NCBI GenBank assembly: GCA_039201605.1
Contig: JBCCRO010000030.1
Location: 1,686 to 65,685 of the forward strand
Length of the DNA: 64,000 bases
Direction of reading: 5' to 3'
Origin: Actinomycetota bacterium
Lineage (GTDB): Bacteria; Actinomycetota; Acidimicrobiia; Acidimicrobiales; SZUA-35
Position 1 is the first letter of the stretch, and every line of letters begins with the position of its first letter. The position numbers and the translations under genes are program-made. This document shows, one piece after another, positions 31,759 to 40,752 of the stretch. A model generated the notes under the pieces. The model had not been told where the DNA came from, made no database searches, and saw only the letters and a list, made by a program, of their open reading frames with translations.

Positions 31759-32934
31759 TCAGACGCCGAGCTCCTGATGGCGGATGATCATCTCCGCCAT
31801 CGAGGCCTCCATCGGGGCCACCGTCTGCAGCGTCCAGTCGTCCGGGTTGGGGATGAAGCGGCGGCGACGGTCGACGACGTCGAGCACGTGGACACCGCTG
31901 CGGAGGGCGTCGACGGCGAGGAACAACCCCGACTCGGCATCGAGGGGCGCCACCGTCTGGAGCCACTCGCCGAACCCGGCCTTCTTCTCGGGGTCGGCCG
32001 GCAGGCCGGACAGGTCGACGATCCGCTCGGCCGACAGATCCTCGCCGACGAGGATGAGCTCTCCCCGGCCGGTGTTGGCCACCTGATAACCCTGGTGGTA
32101 GCCGGTCCGCAGCGGGCGGAAGCTGTGGGGGTGGAGCAGGCCGAGGTCGGTGGTGGTGTGGCCCCCGTCGGCTCCGATGACGAACAGCTCCGGCCGGTGG
32201 TAGCCGGTGGCCAGCACCCGGCCGTCATGGTCGTAAAAGACGCCGTTCATGTTGAGCGGGGTCTGCTGAGTGGCCAGGCCCTCCCGGGGAAGTAGCGCCG
32301 GATCGACGATCGAGACCGTGCTGGGCACCCCTCCGGGCTGCTCGGACTGGGCCGCCTCCAGCCGGGCGGCCTGCTCGGCGCTGCGGACGAAGTGGGTGTC
32401 GATCCGTTCGGCGTAGGTGTAGCCGTTGTCCCAGGCGTTCCACTCCCAGAGCACTTCGCCGGTCACCAGGTCGACCTCCTGGATCGTGTCGAACCCGGTC
32501 GACACGATCAGCATTCGGGCGCCGTCGTCCGAGAAGTCGACGGTGTGGAGGTAGGCCATCCAGGGGTTGGTGTATTCCTGGACGCCCTCGGGCCCGAGCA
32601 GGTGGAAGCGGTCGCCCGAGGTGTAGGCCACCCGGGAGCCCTGCACGGTCAGGTGGTAGGGCTCGACGCACTCGATGCCGCCGAAGCCGGCGAGCTGTTC
32701 GTCGTCGAGGGCGTCCATCCCGAGGGTGGTGAAGACGATGCGGCCGGTGGAGTAGCGCCGCTTCGACGTGTCATCGGCCGCGGTCAGGCCGAGGGTCTTC
32801 TTGCCCTTGCGCTCGATGATCTTGCGGACGATGGCCTGCTGATTGAAGCCCTTGATGGTGATGAACACCGACGCATCGCGTCCGAGTGTGGGATCGACGG
32901 TGTAGTCGGCCACGTGATCGACGATCGTTGCCAT
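31759..32934 (-). CDS. hypothetical protein, beta-propeller-like (weak arylsulfotransferase/ASST-like motif)
   Basis: 391 aa, high GC3, no signal peptide. HTVDFSDDGARMLIVSTGFDTIQEVDLVTGEVLWEWNAWDN resembles ASST-type blades. The functional call is weak. Confidence 0.65.
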   Translation of the reverse strand: MATIVDHVADYTVDPTLGRDASVFITIKGFNQQAIVRKIIERKGKKTLGLTAADDTSKRRYSTGRIVFTTLGMDALDDEQLAGFGGIECVEPYHLTVQGSRVAYTSGDRFHLLGPEGVQEYTNPWMAYLHTVDFSDDGARMLIVSTGFDTIQEVDLVTGEVLWEWNAWDNGYTYAERIDTHFVRSAEQAARLEAAQSEQPGGVPSTVSIVDPALLPREGLATQQTPLNMNGVFYDHDGRVLATGYHRPELFVIGADGGHTTTDLGLLHPHSFRPLRTGYHQGYQVANTGRGELILVGEDLSAERIVDLSGLPADPEKKAGFGEWLQTVAPLDAESGLFLAVDALRSGVHVLDVVDRRRRFIPNPDDWTLQTVAPMEASMAEMIIRHQELGV

Positions 32935-33021
32935 GACGCCCCCTTTGTCCAGCGGACCGGTTGACGGATGATCTGCCGCCCGCGTTGTGGGGATGACGGT
33001 AGTTGCCCTGGGTACAGGTAC

Positions 33022-34296
33022 TCAAAAGGGTTTGGAAACGTTCGACACCGGTTCGTCGGCCATCGGGCGGGCCTCGACCATGTCGTGGGCCTCCGGCCCC
33101 TTCGTCCGCCACCACCGTCCGTAGGCGGCCGCACCGGGGGTGGCGCTGACGCCGTGGGCCACGATCGACAGGAGCACGGTCCACGACATCACGGTGAACA
33201 CCGGGCCCAGGTCGACGTCGTGGGCATGCTCGACGGCCGAGATGCCGAACAGGATCGACGCCAGGCCCCTCGGGCCGAACCAGCCGAAGAAGCCGACGGT
33301 CTGGGGGCGGAGGCCGCTGCCCACCAGCGACAGGGCGATGGCCAGCGGCCGTACCAGGACGAGGCTCCCCACGGCGTAGAGGGCCACCCGCCAGTCGAGC
33401 TCGGGCAGTGCCGGGCCGACGACGATGGCACCGAAGACGATGAAGGCGACATTGGCCAGCAGCTGGGCCAGATCCTCGGTGAACTCCTCGATGTGGGCGC
33501 AGGTCTCGCGGGCGACGGTGCCGAACGACAGGCCGGCGACGAAGGTGGCGATGAAGCCGTTGCCGCCGACCTCGAGGGCGGTCACGAACGCGGACACCGC
33601 CACCCCGAGCACGGCCAGCTGACGGGCCACGCCGGCCATCCAGCCCCGGGCCGATGACCGCTCGATGAGCCACCCGGCACCGCAGCCGATGACGACGCCG
33701 ACGGCGACGCCGAACCCGATCTGCTCGGCGGCGAACGCCAGCCAGGAGCCGGCGGTGGTGAACTGATCCTCATCGGCGGCGAGGGCGACGAACAGGGTCA
33801 CCGCCGGGAGGGCGATGCCGTCGTTGAGCCCGCTCTCCACGTTGAGCGACTCCCGCACCCGGATCGGCACCGCCTCGTCGCTGACCACCGCCTGGCCCAG
33901 GGCGGCGTCGGTCGGGGCCAGGATGGCGGCGATCAGGGCGGCCACGGCGAGCGGGATGTCGAACAGGGCCCACGCCAGCACGGTGCCGAACCCGATCGCC
34001 AGGGGCAGGCCGATCGCCAGCATGCGGGTGGGGAGGACGATGTTGCGCCGCAGGCGACGGACGTCGATGCCCACCGCGTCGCTGAACAGCAGGAGGGCCA
34101 GGGTGGCCTCGGCCAACAGCTCGACGCCCTCGGAGTCCAGGGGCGGATCGACCACGTCGAACCCGGCCGAACCGATGAGCAGGCCGAAGCCGACGAAGAA
34201 CATCGGGCCGGTGAGCGGCGAACGCTCCACCCGACCCGAGATCAGCCCGTAGGCCACGAAAAAGGCCGCGATCAGGCCCACGTCGAACGCTTGCAT
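33022..34296 (-). CDS. cation:proton antiporter (CPA1/NhaP-type Na+/H+ exchanger)
   Basis: Track ORF trimmed to ATG 34294-34296 (GGAAGGA upstream). Polytopic. The LNVESGLNDGIALP motif is typical of Na_H_Exchanger proteins. Confidence 0.85.
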   Translation of the reverse strand: MQAFDVGLIAAFFVAYGLISGRVERSPLTGPMFFVGFGLLIGSAGFDVVDPPLDSEGVELLAEATLALLLFSDAVGIDVRRLRRNIVLPTRMLAIGLPLAIGFGTVLAWALFDIPLAVAALIAAILAPTDAALGQAVVSDEAVPIRVRESLNVESGLNDGIALPAVTLFVALAADEDQFTTAGSWLAFAAEQIGFGVAVGVVIGCGAGWLIERSSARGWMAGVARQLAVLGVAVSAFVTALEVGGNGFIATFVAGLSFGTVARETCAHIEEFTEDLAQLLANVAFIVFGAIVVGPALPELDWRVALYAVGSLVLVRPLAIALSLVGSGLRPQTVGFFGWFGPRGLASILFGISAVEHAHDVDLGPVFTVMSWTVLLSIVAHGVSATPGAAAYGRWWRTKGPEAHDMVEARPMADEPVSNVSKPF

Positions 34297-34454
34297 CCGC
34301 CCATCCTTCCAGGAATCTCCACGCCGATTCGGCGGACCGGGAACACCGTCGGCACCCGATGCGTTCCCATTGGCCTCCGGCCTGGCCCTGCGGCGGCGCC
34401 GGTCGGGGGAACGTGCCAGGATCATCGGCAGCAACAAAGGGGAAGGGTGATCAC

Positions 34455-36458
34455 GTGAGCACCACTGAGAAGCCGAGCATCGTCGAGCCCGCATTGCCCG
34501 ACGGTCGGTACGCCTGGCACAAGCTGGTCGATCTCGACGAGCTGCCCGAGGGTCGGGTCACCACGGTCAACATCGGCCACGAGAGCCTGGCGGTCACCAA
34601 CACCGCCGAGGGCGGCTACGGCTGCCTGGCCAACGCCTGCCCCCACCAGGGCGGCCCCCTCGGTGAGGGCTCGATCGAGAAGGGGTGGCTCCGCTGCCCG
34701 TGGCACGGCTACGACTACTCGCCAAAGAACGGCCAACCCCCGGGCGCCCACGCCGACAACCCCGGCGCCTACCGGACCGAGACGCGCCCCGACGGGGTGT
34801 ACGTGGCCCTGCCGGTGGAGGTGGCCCGGCCCCGCAGCGTCTCCGACGTGATGGTGGAGACGATGGTCAACTGGGGCGTCACCCACGTGTTCGGCATGGT
34901 GGGCCACTCCAACCTGGGCTTCGCCGACGCCATGCGGGTGGCGGAGCAGCGGGGTGAGCTGTCCTACATCGGGATCCGCCACGAGGGGGCGGCGTCGTTC
35001 GCCGCCACCGCCTACGGCAAGCTCACCGGGCGGCTGGCCGGGTGTTTCGCCATCGCCGGGCCGGGGTCGACCAACCTGATGACCGGCCTGTACGACGCCA
35101 AGACCGACCGGGCTCCGGTGCTGGCGCTCTGTGGCCAGGTGCCGTCCAAGCAGCGGGGCCGCGGCGCCTTCCAGGACACCGACCTCCACGCCGCCTTCCA
35201 CGACGTGGCGCGCTACTCCGAGACGGTGCAGGCCGGCTCCGATCACGCCGAGCTGATGACCCTGGCCTGCAAGACGGCGATCGTGGAGCGAGACGTGGCC
35301 CACCTGGTCTTCCCCGACGAGGTGCAGGAGCTGCCGGCCGCAGAGGGAGCCAAGGCCGGTGGACCGGCCGGTCGGACCGGGGAGCGGCGCATCGCACCGC
35401 CGGCCGACGCTCTGGAGGCGGCGGTGGCGGCCATGACCGCGAGCGCCCGGCCGATCATCATCGTCGGCAACGGTGCCCGCGACGGCATCGCCGAGATCAT
35501 CGCCCTGGCCGAGCGGCTCGACGCCCCGGTGCTCACCACCTTCAAGGGCAAGGGGCTCATCTCCGACCACCATCGCCTGGCCGGTGGTGTGCTCGGCCGG
35601 TCGGGAACGCCGGTGGCGAGCTGGTTCATGAACGAGAGCGATCTGATCGTCACCTTCGGTGTGTCGTTCGCCAATCACACCGGCATCGCCGACTACAAGC
35701 CGATCGTGCAGGTCGACTTCGACCCGATGGCCCTCGGCCGCTTCCACCCGGTCACCGTCCCGGTGCAGGGTCACGTCGGCGTGACGGCCCAGGCCATGCT
35801 CGACGCCTGCGATGTGGTGAGCCGCGACGGCGCCGCCACCGAGGTGGCCGAGCGGTGGGAGATCTGGCGGGCGGAGAAGGCCAGCCGCCGCCTGGACGAT
35901 CACGGTGAGGGGATCAACGCCGCCGCCCTGTTCGCCGCCCTGAGCGAGTGCGTTCCGGCCGATGCGATCATGCCGGTCGACGTCGGCAACAACACCTATT
36001 CCTTCGGCCGCTACTTCGAGGTGAAGGATCAGGCGGTCATCATGTCGGGCTATCTCGGCTCGATCGGGTTCGCCCTCCCGGCGGCCATGGGAGCGTGGGC
36101 GGCGACGCAGAGCCAGCCCGACTTCGCCGGTCGGCCCGTGGTGTCGATCTCGGGCGACGGCGGCCTCGGGCAGTACGCCATGGAGATGACGACGGCGGTG
36201 AAGTACGGGATGAACATCACCCACGTCGTCATGAACAACAGCGAGCTGGGCAAGATCTCGAAGGAGCAGCGGGCCGCCGACTTCGACGTGTGGCAGACCT
36301 CGCTCCACAACCCGTCGTTCGCCGCGTTCGCCGAGCTGTGCGGGGCCAAGGGCATCCGGGTCACCGAGCTCGACGCCCTGCCCGCCGCCATCGGCGAGGC
36401 GGTGGCCCACGACGGTCCGTGCCTGGTCGAGGTCATCACCGACGCCCTGCTGGTGTAG
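34455..36458 (+). CDS. fusion protein: N-terminal Rieske [2Fe-2S] domain + pyruvate-oxidase/acetolactate-synthase-like thiamine-diphosphate enzyme, 667 aa
   Basis: GTG 34455 follows AAAGGGGAAGGG. Rieske ligands CPHQGGPL-x-CPWHGYDY in the first ~110 aa. Then TPP-enzyme modules: N-terminal Pyr domain HVFGMVGHSNLGF...IGIRHEGAASFAA..GPGSTNL, a central domain, and the C-terminal PP motif GDGGLGQYAMEMTTAVKYGMNITHVVMNN. Confidence 0.85.
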   Translation: MSTTEKPSIVEPALPDGRYAWHKLVDLDELPEGRVTTVNIGHESLAVTNTAEGGYGCLANACPHQGGPLGEGSIEKGWLRCPWHGYDYSPKNGQPPGAHADNPGAYRTETRPDGVYVALPVEVARPRSVSDVMVETMVNWGVTHVFGMVGHSNLGFADAMRVAEQRGELSYIGIRHEGAASFAATAYGKLTGRLAGCFAIAGPGSTNLMTGLYDAKTDRAPVLALCGQVPSKQRGRGAFQDTDLHAAFHDVARYSETVQAGSDHAELMTLACKTAIVERDVAHLVFPDEVQELPAAEGAKAGGPAGRTGERRIAPPADALEAAVAAMTASARPIIIVGNGARDGIAEIIALAERLDAPVLTTFKGKGLISDHHRLAGGVLGRSGTPVASWFMNESDLIVTFGVSFANHTGIADYKPIVQVDFDPMALGRFHPVTVPVQGHVGVTAQAMLDACDVVSRDGAATEVAERWEIWRAEKASRRLDDHGEGINAAALFAALSECVPADAIMPVDVGNNTYSFGRYFEVKDQAVIMSGYLGSIGFALPAAMGAWAATQSQPDFAGRPVVSISGDGGLGQYAMEMTTAVKYGMNITHVVMNNSELGKISKEQRAADFDVWQTSLHNPSFAAFAELCGAKGIRVTELDALPAAIGEAVAHDGPCLVEVITDALLV

Positions 36459-36485
36459 GCCGGCACCGAGTTGTGTTCGGTCGAT

Positions 36486-38585
36486 CTAGCCCTCGCAGCC
36501 GATCGGGTCGTGGCCGATCGTGACGAGCAACAGGTCGCCGGACCGGGTGATGTGGCGGACCGGTCGATCGAGTTCCACCAGCTCCTCGCCGGTCCCCGAT
36601 CGGAGGAGGAGGCCCTCCGGCACGGCGACGGCGATCACGTCACCGTCGACGAGATGGCGGTCGGAGGGGCCGCCGCCGTAGCCCTCGGCGGCTCGGATCC
36701 GCTCGGGGGCGTCGTCGTCGCCGGTCACCACCAGGAGCTCGATGGTGCTCGGCCGGCCGGGTGGCGTCACGGCGAAGACGAGGCCATCGTCGGTGGCGCC
36801 GAGGAACCCGTTGCCGCCCTGACCGTTGACCGTCAGCGCCATCGACCACAGTTCCACGGCCGGGTCGTCGGCCCGCACCACGGTCAGCTCGCGGGTGCTC
36901 ACCGCCGTCTCGGGAAGATCGTTGCGCACGTCGTAGACGATCAGGTCACCGTCGGGGTCGTTCGGGTTCGGGGCCAGTGAGGCCGAGCGCAGGTCCTCCT
37001 GGGTCCACCGGGGTAGGCCGTCGTCGAGTCCGTACACGGTGAGGCGGGCGTTGGGGCCTTGGGTGGAGCCGAAGAGGGTGAGGGCATGGCGACGCCCGAC
37101 CTGGAGCCAGGGCCCGAGTGACGACTGGCTGCCGAAGGCGTCGTACACGTCGTCCCACGGCAGGGGGCTGGTGTCGGTGATGCCACCGTCGGCGCCTTCG
37201 ATCCGCAGCACGGGCTCGGCGCCGTCGTGGAACCAGACCAGAACCGGCAGCTCATCGTTGACCGGGGTGGAGGCGATGGGAGCGGGGTCGAAGACGCCCG
37301 CCGGTGGGCCGAGGTCGACCAGGTCTCCGTCGGCGTCGATCCGGGCCCGGTAGGGCTCGTAGTCGTCGAGCGCAAGGCCGCCGTCGACGTCGAACAACGC
37401 TCCGCCGTCGACGGCGACGGCCGGGCGCAGGACCACGGCCTCCACGTGGTGCTGCCACGCCACGGTGCCGTCGCTCATCCGTAGTGCCGTGACGCTGGGG
37501 AGCACGGTGTCGAGCCCCGGGTCGACCACCAGGACGGTGTCGGCGTCGATGGCGAGGGGCGGCCGGTCGAACGACGGGAGATCGCGCGACCACACCTCGC
37601 TGCCGGTGGCCAGTGACCACGCCACCAGCGTGGGGGCGGTGGCCACGACGCAACCCGTGCCATCGTGTATCTCGGGCGGCAAGGGGTTGTAGACGGGTTG
37701 GGCTGGGTCGAGCACGAGCCCCGGCGGCTGACGGTCCATGGCGTCGTCCAAGCTGGCTTGAGCGGCCTGGGCGTAGGGCGTGGTGCCGGCCACGGTCGGG
37801 TCGCTGAGGGCGGCCGGCGCTGGGTCGTCGACGATGAAGAACGAGGCGACGGCGAAGAAGCCGCCGGCGACCAGGATGAGCCGGTGATGGTTCGGGAGGG
37901 GTTCCGCAGCCGGATCGCCGGTGGTGGCCGTCGGCAGCACGCGGTTGGCCTTGCGGAGCACCAGGAGGACGCGGACCGCCAGCCACAGGGCGACGGCGAT
38001 CACGACCACGACCTCGCGGCCGGCGCCGCCGACCTGGACGAGGAACAGGAGGATCATCGGCCCGATGACGCCGGCTATCAGGATGTGGCCCGCCAGGCGT
38101 TCACTGCGTTGCCGGAGCTGCTCTTCGCCGACGGTGGTGGCCTGACCGGCGATGCCGGTGAGGATCGAGCGGATGAGAAGCACCAGCACGGCCCAGCCGA
38201 CCAGCGCGGCCACGATGCCGAAGCCGCCGTCTCGCCCCGTCAGCGGGCTCGAATCCACCGCTTGGCCGACGCCTGCGGCGCCGATGGCCGCCAGCTGTTC
38301 GGCCAGGGCGAAGGTCGCCAGGACATAGGCCGCCCATCGGGCTGAGGCGTAGGAGCGGGCGACGGGCCGCAGTCGGGCGGTGGCCCAGGCGATGAGCAGG
38401 AAGCCGAGCACGTCGGGGAGGAGATCGAAGCCGTTGATCCACAGGTCGAGGCCGACCAAGAGGAAGCCCCAGAACATCTGGTTGAACGACCCGTTGCCCC
38501 GGGCCCCGACCGGATCCACCGGCCCGCTCGTCGGCGCGCTCGTCGACGGTTGCCGTACGTCGTCCTCGATCGGTGTGTCGCCCAT
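36486..38585 (-). CDS. polytopic membrane protein (about 6-7 TM) with C-terminal PQQ-like beta-propeller, 699 aa
   Basis: N-terminal hydrophobic helices (FWGFLLVGLDLWINGFDLL, VLGFLLIAWA, ...), then repeats with G..VW / G.V.W blades (TGSEVWSRDL, DGTVAWQHHV, GLPRWTQEDL). 79-nt gap after the NADK-like gene. Confidence 0.75.
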   Translation of the reverse strand: MGDTPIEDDVRQPSTSAPTSGPVDPVGARGNGSFNQMFWGFLLVGLDLWINGFDLLPDVLGFLLIAWATARLRPVARSYASARWAAYVLATFALAEQLAAIGAAGVGQAVDSSPLTGRDGGFGIVAALVGWAVLVLLIRSILTGIAGQATTVGEEQLRQRSERLAGHILIAGVIGPMILLFLVQVGGAGREVVVVIAVALWLAVRVLLVLRKANRVLPTATTGDPAAEPLPNHHRLILVAGGFFAVASFFIVDDPAPAALSDPTVAGTTPYAQAAQASLDDAMDRQPPGLVLDPAQPVYNPLPPEIHDGTGCVVATAPTLVAWSLATGSEVWSRDLPSFDRPPLAIDADTVLVVDPGLDTVLPSVTALRMSDGTVAWQHHVEAVVLRPAVAVDGGALFDVDGGLALDDYEPYRARIDADGDLVDLGPPAGVFDPAPIASTPVNDELPVLVWFHDGAEPVLRIEGADGGITDTSPLPWDDVYDAFGSQSSLGPWLQVGRRHALTLFGSTQGPNARLTVYGLDDGLPRWTQEDLRSASLAPNPNDPDGDLIVYDVRNDLPETAVSTRELTVVRADDPAVELWSMALTVNGQGGNGFLGATDDGLVFAVTPPGRPSTIELLVVTGDDDAPERIRAAEGYGGGPSDRHLVDGDVIAVAVPEGLLLRSGTGEELVELDRPVRHITRSGDLLLVTIGHDPIGCEG

Positions 38586-38664
38586 GGTCCCTCGCCTCGC
38601 CTCGCCTCCATGATCGCTCGACGGCGCCGGGGATGGGCCTCACCTTGGCCGTGGTGGCGACCGG

Positions 38665-39573
38665 TCACAGGAGAAGGAGGCTGCGAGCCGATCGGCGGAT
38701 CCGCAGGCGTTCGCCCCACCCGATCTCCAGTCGGTCGCTCTCGATGCCGTCGCCGAAGGCCACCAGCCGGTCGGACTCGCTCTCGATCACCAGCTCGGCG
38801 CCGTCGACCAGGAGGCCGGCGGTGAGGTCGGTGCCGGAGCTTGGCGAGGGCCAGGCCTCCCGCACGAACCAGGCCAGGTCGGTCGAGGTGGTCTCGGGGA
38901 GGGCCCAGTCGAGCCGCCGCTCCCGGTGCACCGATCGACACCAGCTGGTGGCGCCGGTGGCGGTGCCCACCAGCACCCCGGACGACGACTGTCGCTCGGC
39001 CGCCCGGTCGAGGACGAGGCTGTAGCGGGCCGACTGGTGGCTGGGGTGGCCGATGTAGACCTCGTTGAGGGCCCGCAGGCTGCGCCCGTCGCCGGTGGCG
39101 AGCTCGACCAGCGAGCGGAGCTCGGCCGTACCGGTGCACGGCTCGTCGGGTGCCGAGGCGGCCGCCACCCGTCGGAGGATGGCGGCCACCCGGTCGGGCC
39201 GGTGGCGGACGAGCACGCCGGCGTTGCGGGTGGGCTCCGGGTCGACGCCGACCACCGGTTGGCCCGAGAGGTACTTGGCCACGTTGGCCACCAGGCCGTC
39301 CTGGCCCACGGCGATGACCACGTCCTCCGGGCCGAACAGCCATCGGTCGAGGTCGGCCCGATCGAGGGAGGCCCGCCGCCAGTCGACGGGGACGGCGGCG
39401 GCCACCATCTGCAGGGCCTCCTGCTGGTGGGCGTGACTGCGATCGAGCTCGTCCAGGCTCCGACCCCGCCCGGAGAGGACGAACTCGACCTGGCTTCGGG
39501 AGCCGTGCCGGGCCACTAGGTGGTCGTACTCCGTGGGTCGGCTCACCACGAGCGCCCGGGGGGCTACGGTCAT
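38665..39573 (-). CDS. NAD-kinase-fold (ATP-NAD kinase family-like) protein, 302 aa
   Basis: IAVGQDGLVANV (cf. GGDGT), ALNEVYIGH (cf. NE motif), SSGVLVGTATGATSW (cf. G-rich STPTGSTAY motif). The start overlaps the SPFH stop by 4 nt. Confidence 0.75.
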   Translation of the reverse strand: MTVAPRALVVSRPTEYDHLVARHGSRSQVEFVLSGRGRSLDELDRSHAHQQEALQMVAAAVPVDWRRASLDRADLDRWLFGPEDVVIAVGQDGLVANVAKYLSGQPVVGVDPEPTRNAGVLVRHRPDRVAAILRRVAAASAPDEPCTGTAELRSLVELATGDGRSLRALNEVYIGHPSHQSARYSLVLDRAAERQSSSGVLVGTATGATSWCRSVHRERRLDWALPETTSTDLAWFVREAWPSPSSGTDLTAGLLVDGAELVIESESDRLVAFGDGIESDRLEIGWGERLRIRRSARSLLLL

Positions 39574-40640
39574 CGCTCGTCGCCGGGCTCGAGCGCCCGC
39601 CGCCCCTCGTCGTCGGCGCCGCCGCCCAGGCCGCTGTCGCTCACGGCGGCACCCAGGAAGCGGGCAGCCAGTGAGCTGACCAGGTCGGGGCTGAGGACCA
39701 GGGTGCCGATGTCCGGCAGGCCGCCGGCCAGGTCCCCCACCGCCAGCGACAGCAGCACGGCGTCGTCGGCGTCGCCGTAGGCCGCCACCCGCAGCCGCTC
39801 GGCCTCGGCCTTGGCCGCGCCGAGGTCGCGCACCGTGGCCGCCTGGGCCCGACCCCGCACCTCGGTGGCGTCGGCCTCGGCCGCCACCCGGATGCGGACG
39901 GTCTCGGCCTCGTCGGTCACCCGACGCTGTTCGTTGGCCCCGGTCTGGGCCACGAGCTGCTCCTCGCGGATGGCCAATTCGATCCGGTTCTGCAGCTCGT
40001 TCTCGCTGATGCCGCGCTCCTGTTCGACGGCCAGGGCCCGCCGCTCGAACATGGCCCGATCGGCCTCCTGCTGCAGCTGTTCGCGGACCGGAGTCTGCAG
40101 CGCCTGCTCCATGTCGGTTTCCGGTCGGACGGCGACGACACGGACGTCGACGATCTCCAGCCCGGTCTCGATGAGCCGATCGTCGGCCCGGAGGCCGGCG
40201 CCGAGCGTGCCCCGCAGCGCCGGCACACCCTGGCCAAGCACCTCGGTGAGCGACAGGCTGGCCAGGACCGCCGTGGCGTGCTGCTGGGCCAGCTCGGTCA
40301 GCAGGCCCCCGATCTGCTCCAGCGGCGTGCGCACCCAGGCGCCGGTGGTGTTGTCGATGGTGAAGTCGATCCGCTCGGCGGCGGCGGAGGGGCGAGCAAT
40401 CCGGTAGGTGATCGAGGCCTGCACCGAGATCTCCTGGAAGTCGCTCGTGCGGTCCCGGAAGATCAGCGGCAGCTCGCGCTCGTCGATCGGGAGCTCGCTG
40501 ATCGACGAGGTCCGGGGGACGAACCAGAAGGACTGGCCGATGCCGTCGTTGACCACCTGGCCGTTGCGGAGGCGGCGGACGTAGGTGGTCGACGAGGAGC
40601 GGAGGTGGCTGACGATCGGTCGTCGGGTGATGGTGGCCAT
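39570..40640 (-). CDS. SPFH/band-7 domain protein without an obvious TM segment, 356 aa
   Basis: SPFH core (FWFVPRTSSISELPIDERELPLIFRDRTSDFQEISVQASITYRI...GLEIVDVRVVAVRP) followed by a coiled-coil A/E/R-rich region. Confidence 0.85.
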   Translation of the reverse strand: MATITRRPIVSHLRSSSTTYVRRLRNGQVVNDGIGQSFWFVPRTSSISELPIDERELPLIFRDRTSDFQEISVQASITYRIARPSAAAERIDFTIDNTTGAWVRTPLEQIGGLLTELAQQHATAVLASLSLTEVLGQGVPALRGTLGAGLRADDRLIETGLEIVDVRVVAVRPETDMEQALQTPVREQLQQEADRAMFERRALAVEQERGISENELQNRIELAIREEQLVAQTGANEQRRVTDEAETVRIRVAAEADATEVRGRAQAATVRDLGAAKAEAERLRVAAYGDADDAVLLSLAVGDLAGGLPDIGTLVLSPDLVSSLAARFLGAAVSDSGLGGGADDEGRRALEPGDER

Positions 40641-40680
40641 GAGGATGGTCCTCTCGGGTGCTGATGGTCGCTTCGATTAA

Positions 40681-40723
40681 TCGTCAGTTTGACGAATAGT
40701 TGATTTATCGTCAACATGACGAT
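40681..40723. promoter_or_regulatory. two palindromes TCGTCA-GTT-TGACGA (40681-40695) and ATCGTCA-ACA-TGACGAT (40707-40723) in the divergent spacer: candidate NrtR-type operators
   Basis: Read directly. Arms are perfect (6 and 7 bp) and centres are 27 bp apart. The spacer is locally AT-richer. CGATTAATCG (40674-40683) is an additional perfect palindrome. Confidence 0.45.
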
Positions 40724-40752
40724 TGGCACGTCGGGTTGGGTAGCCTCGGGTC

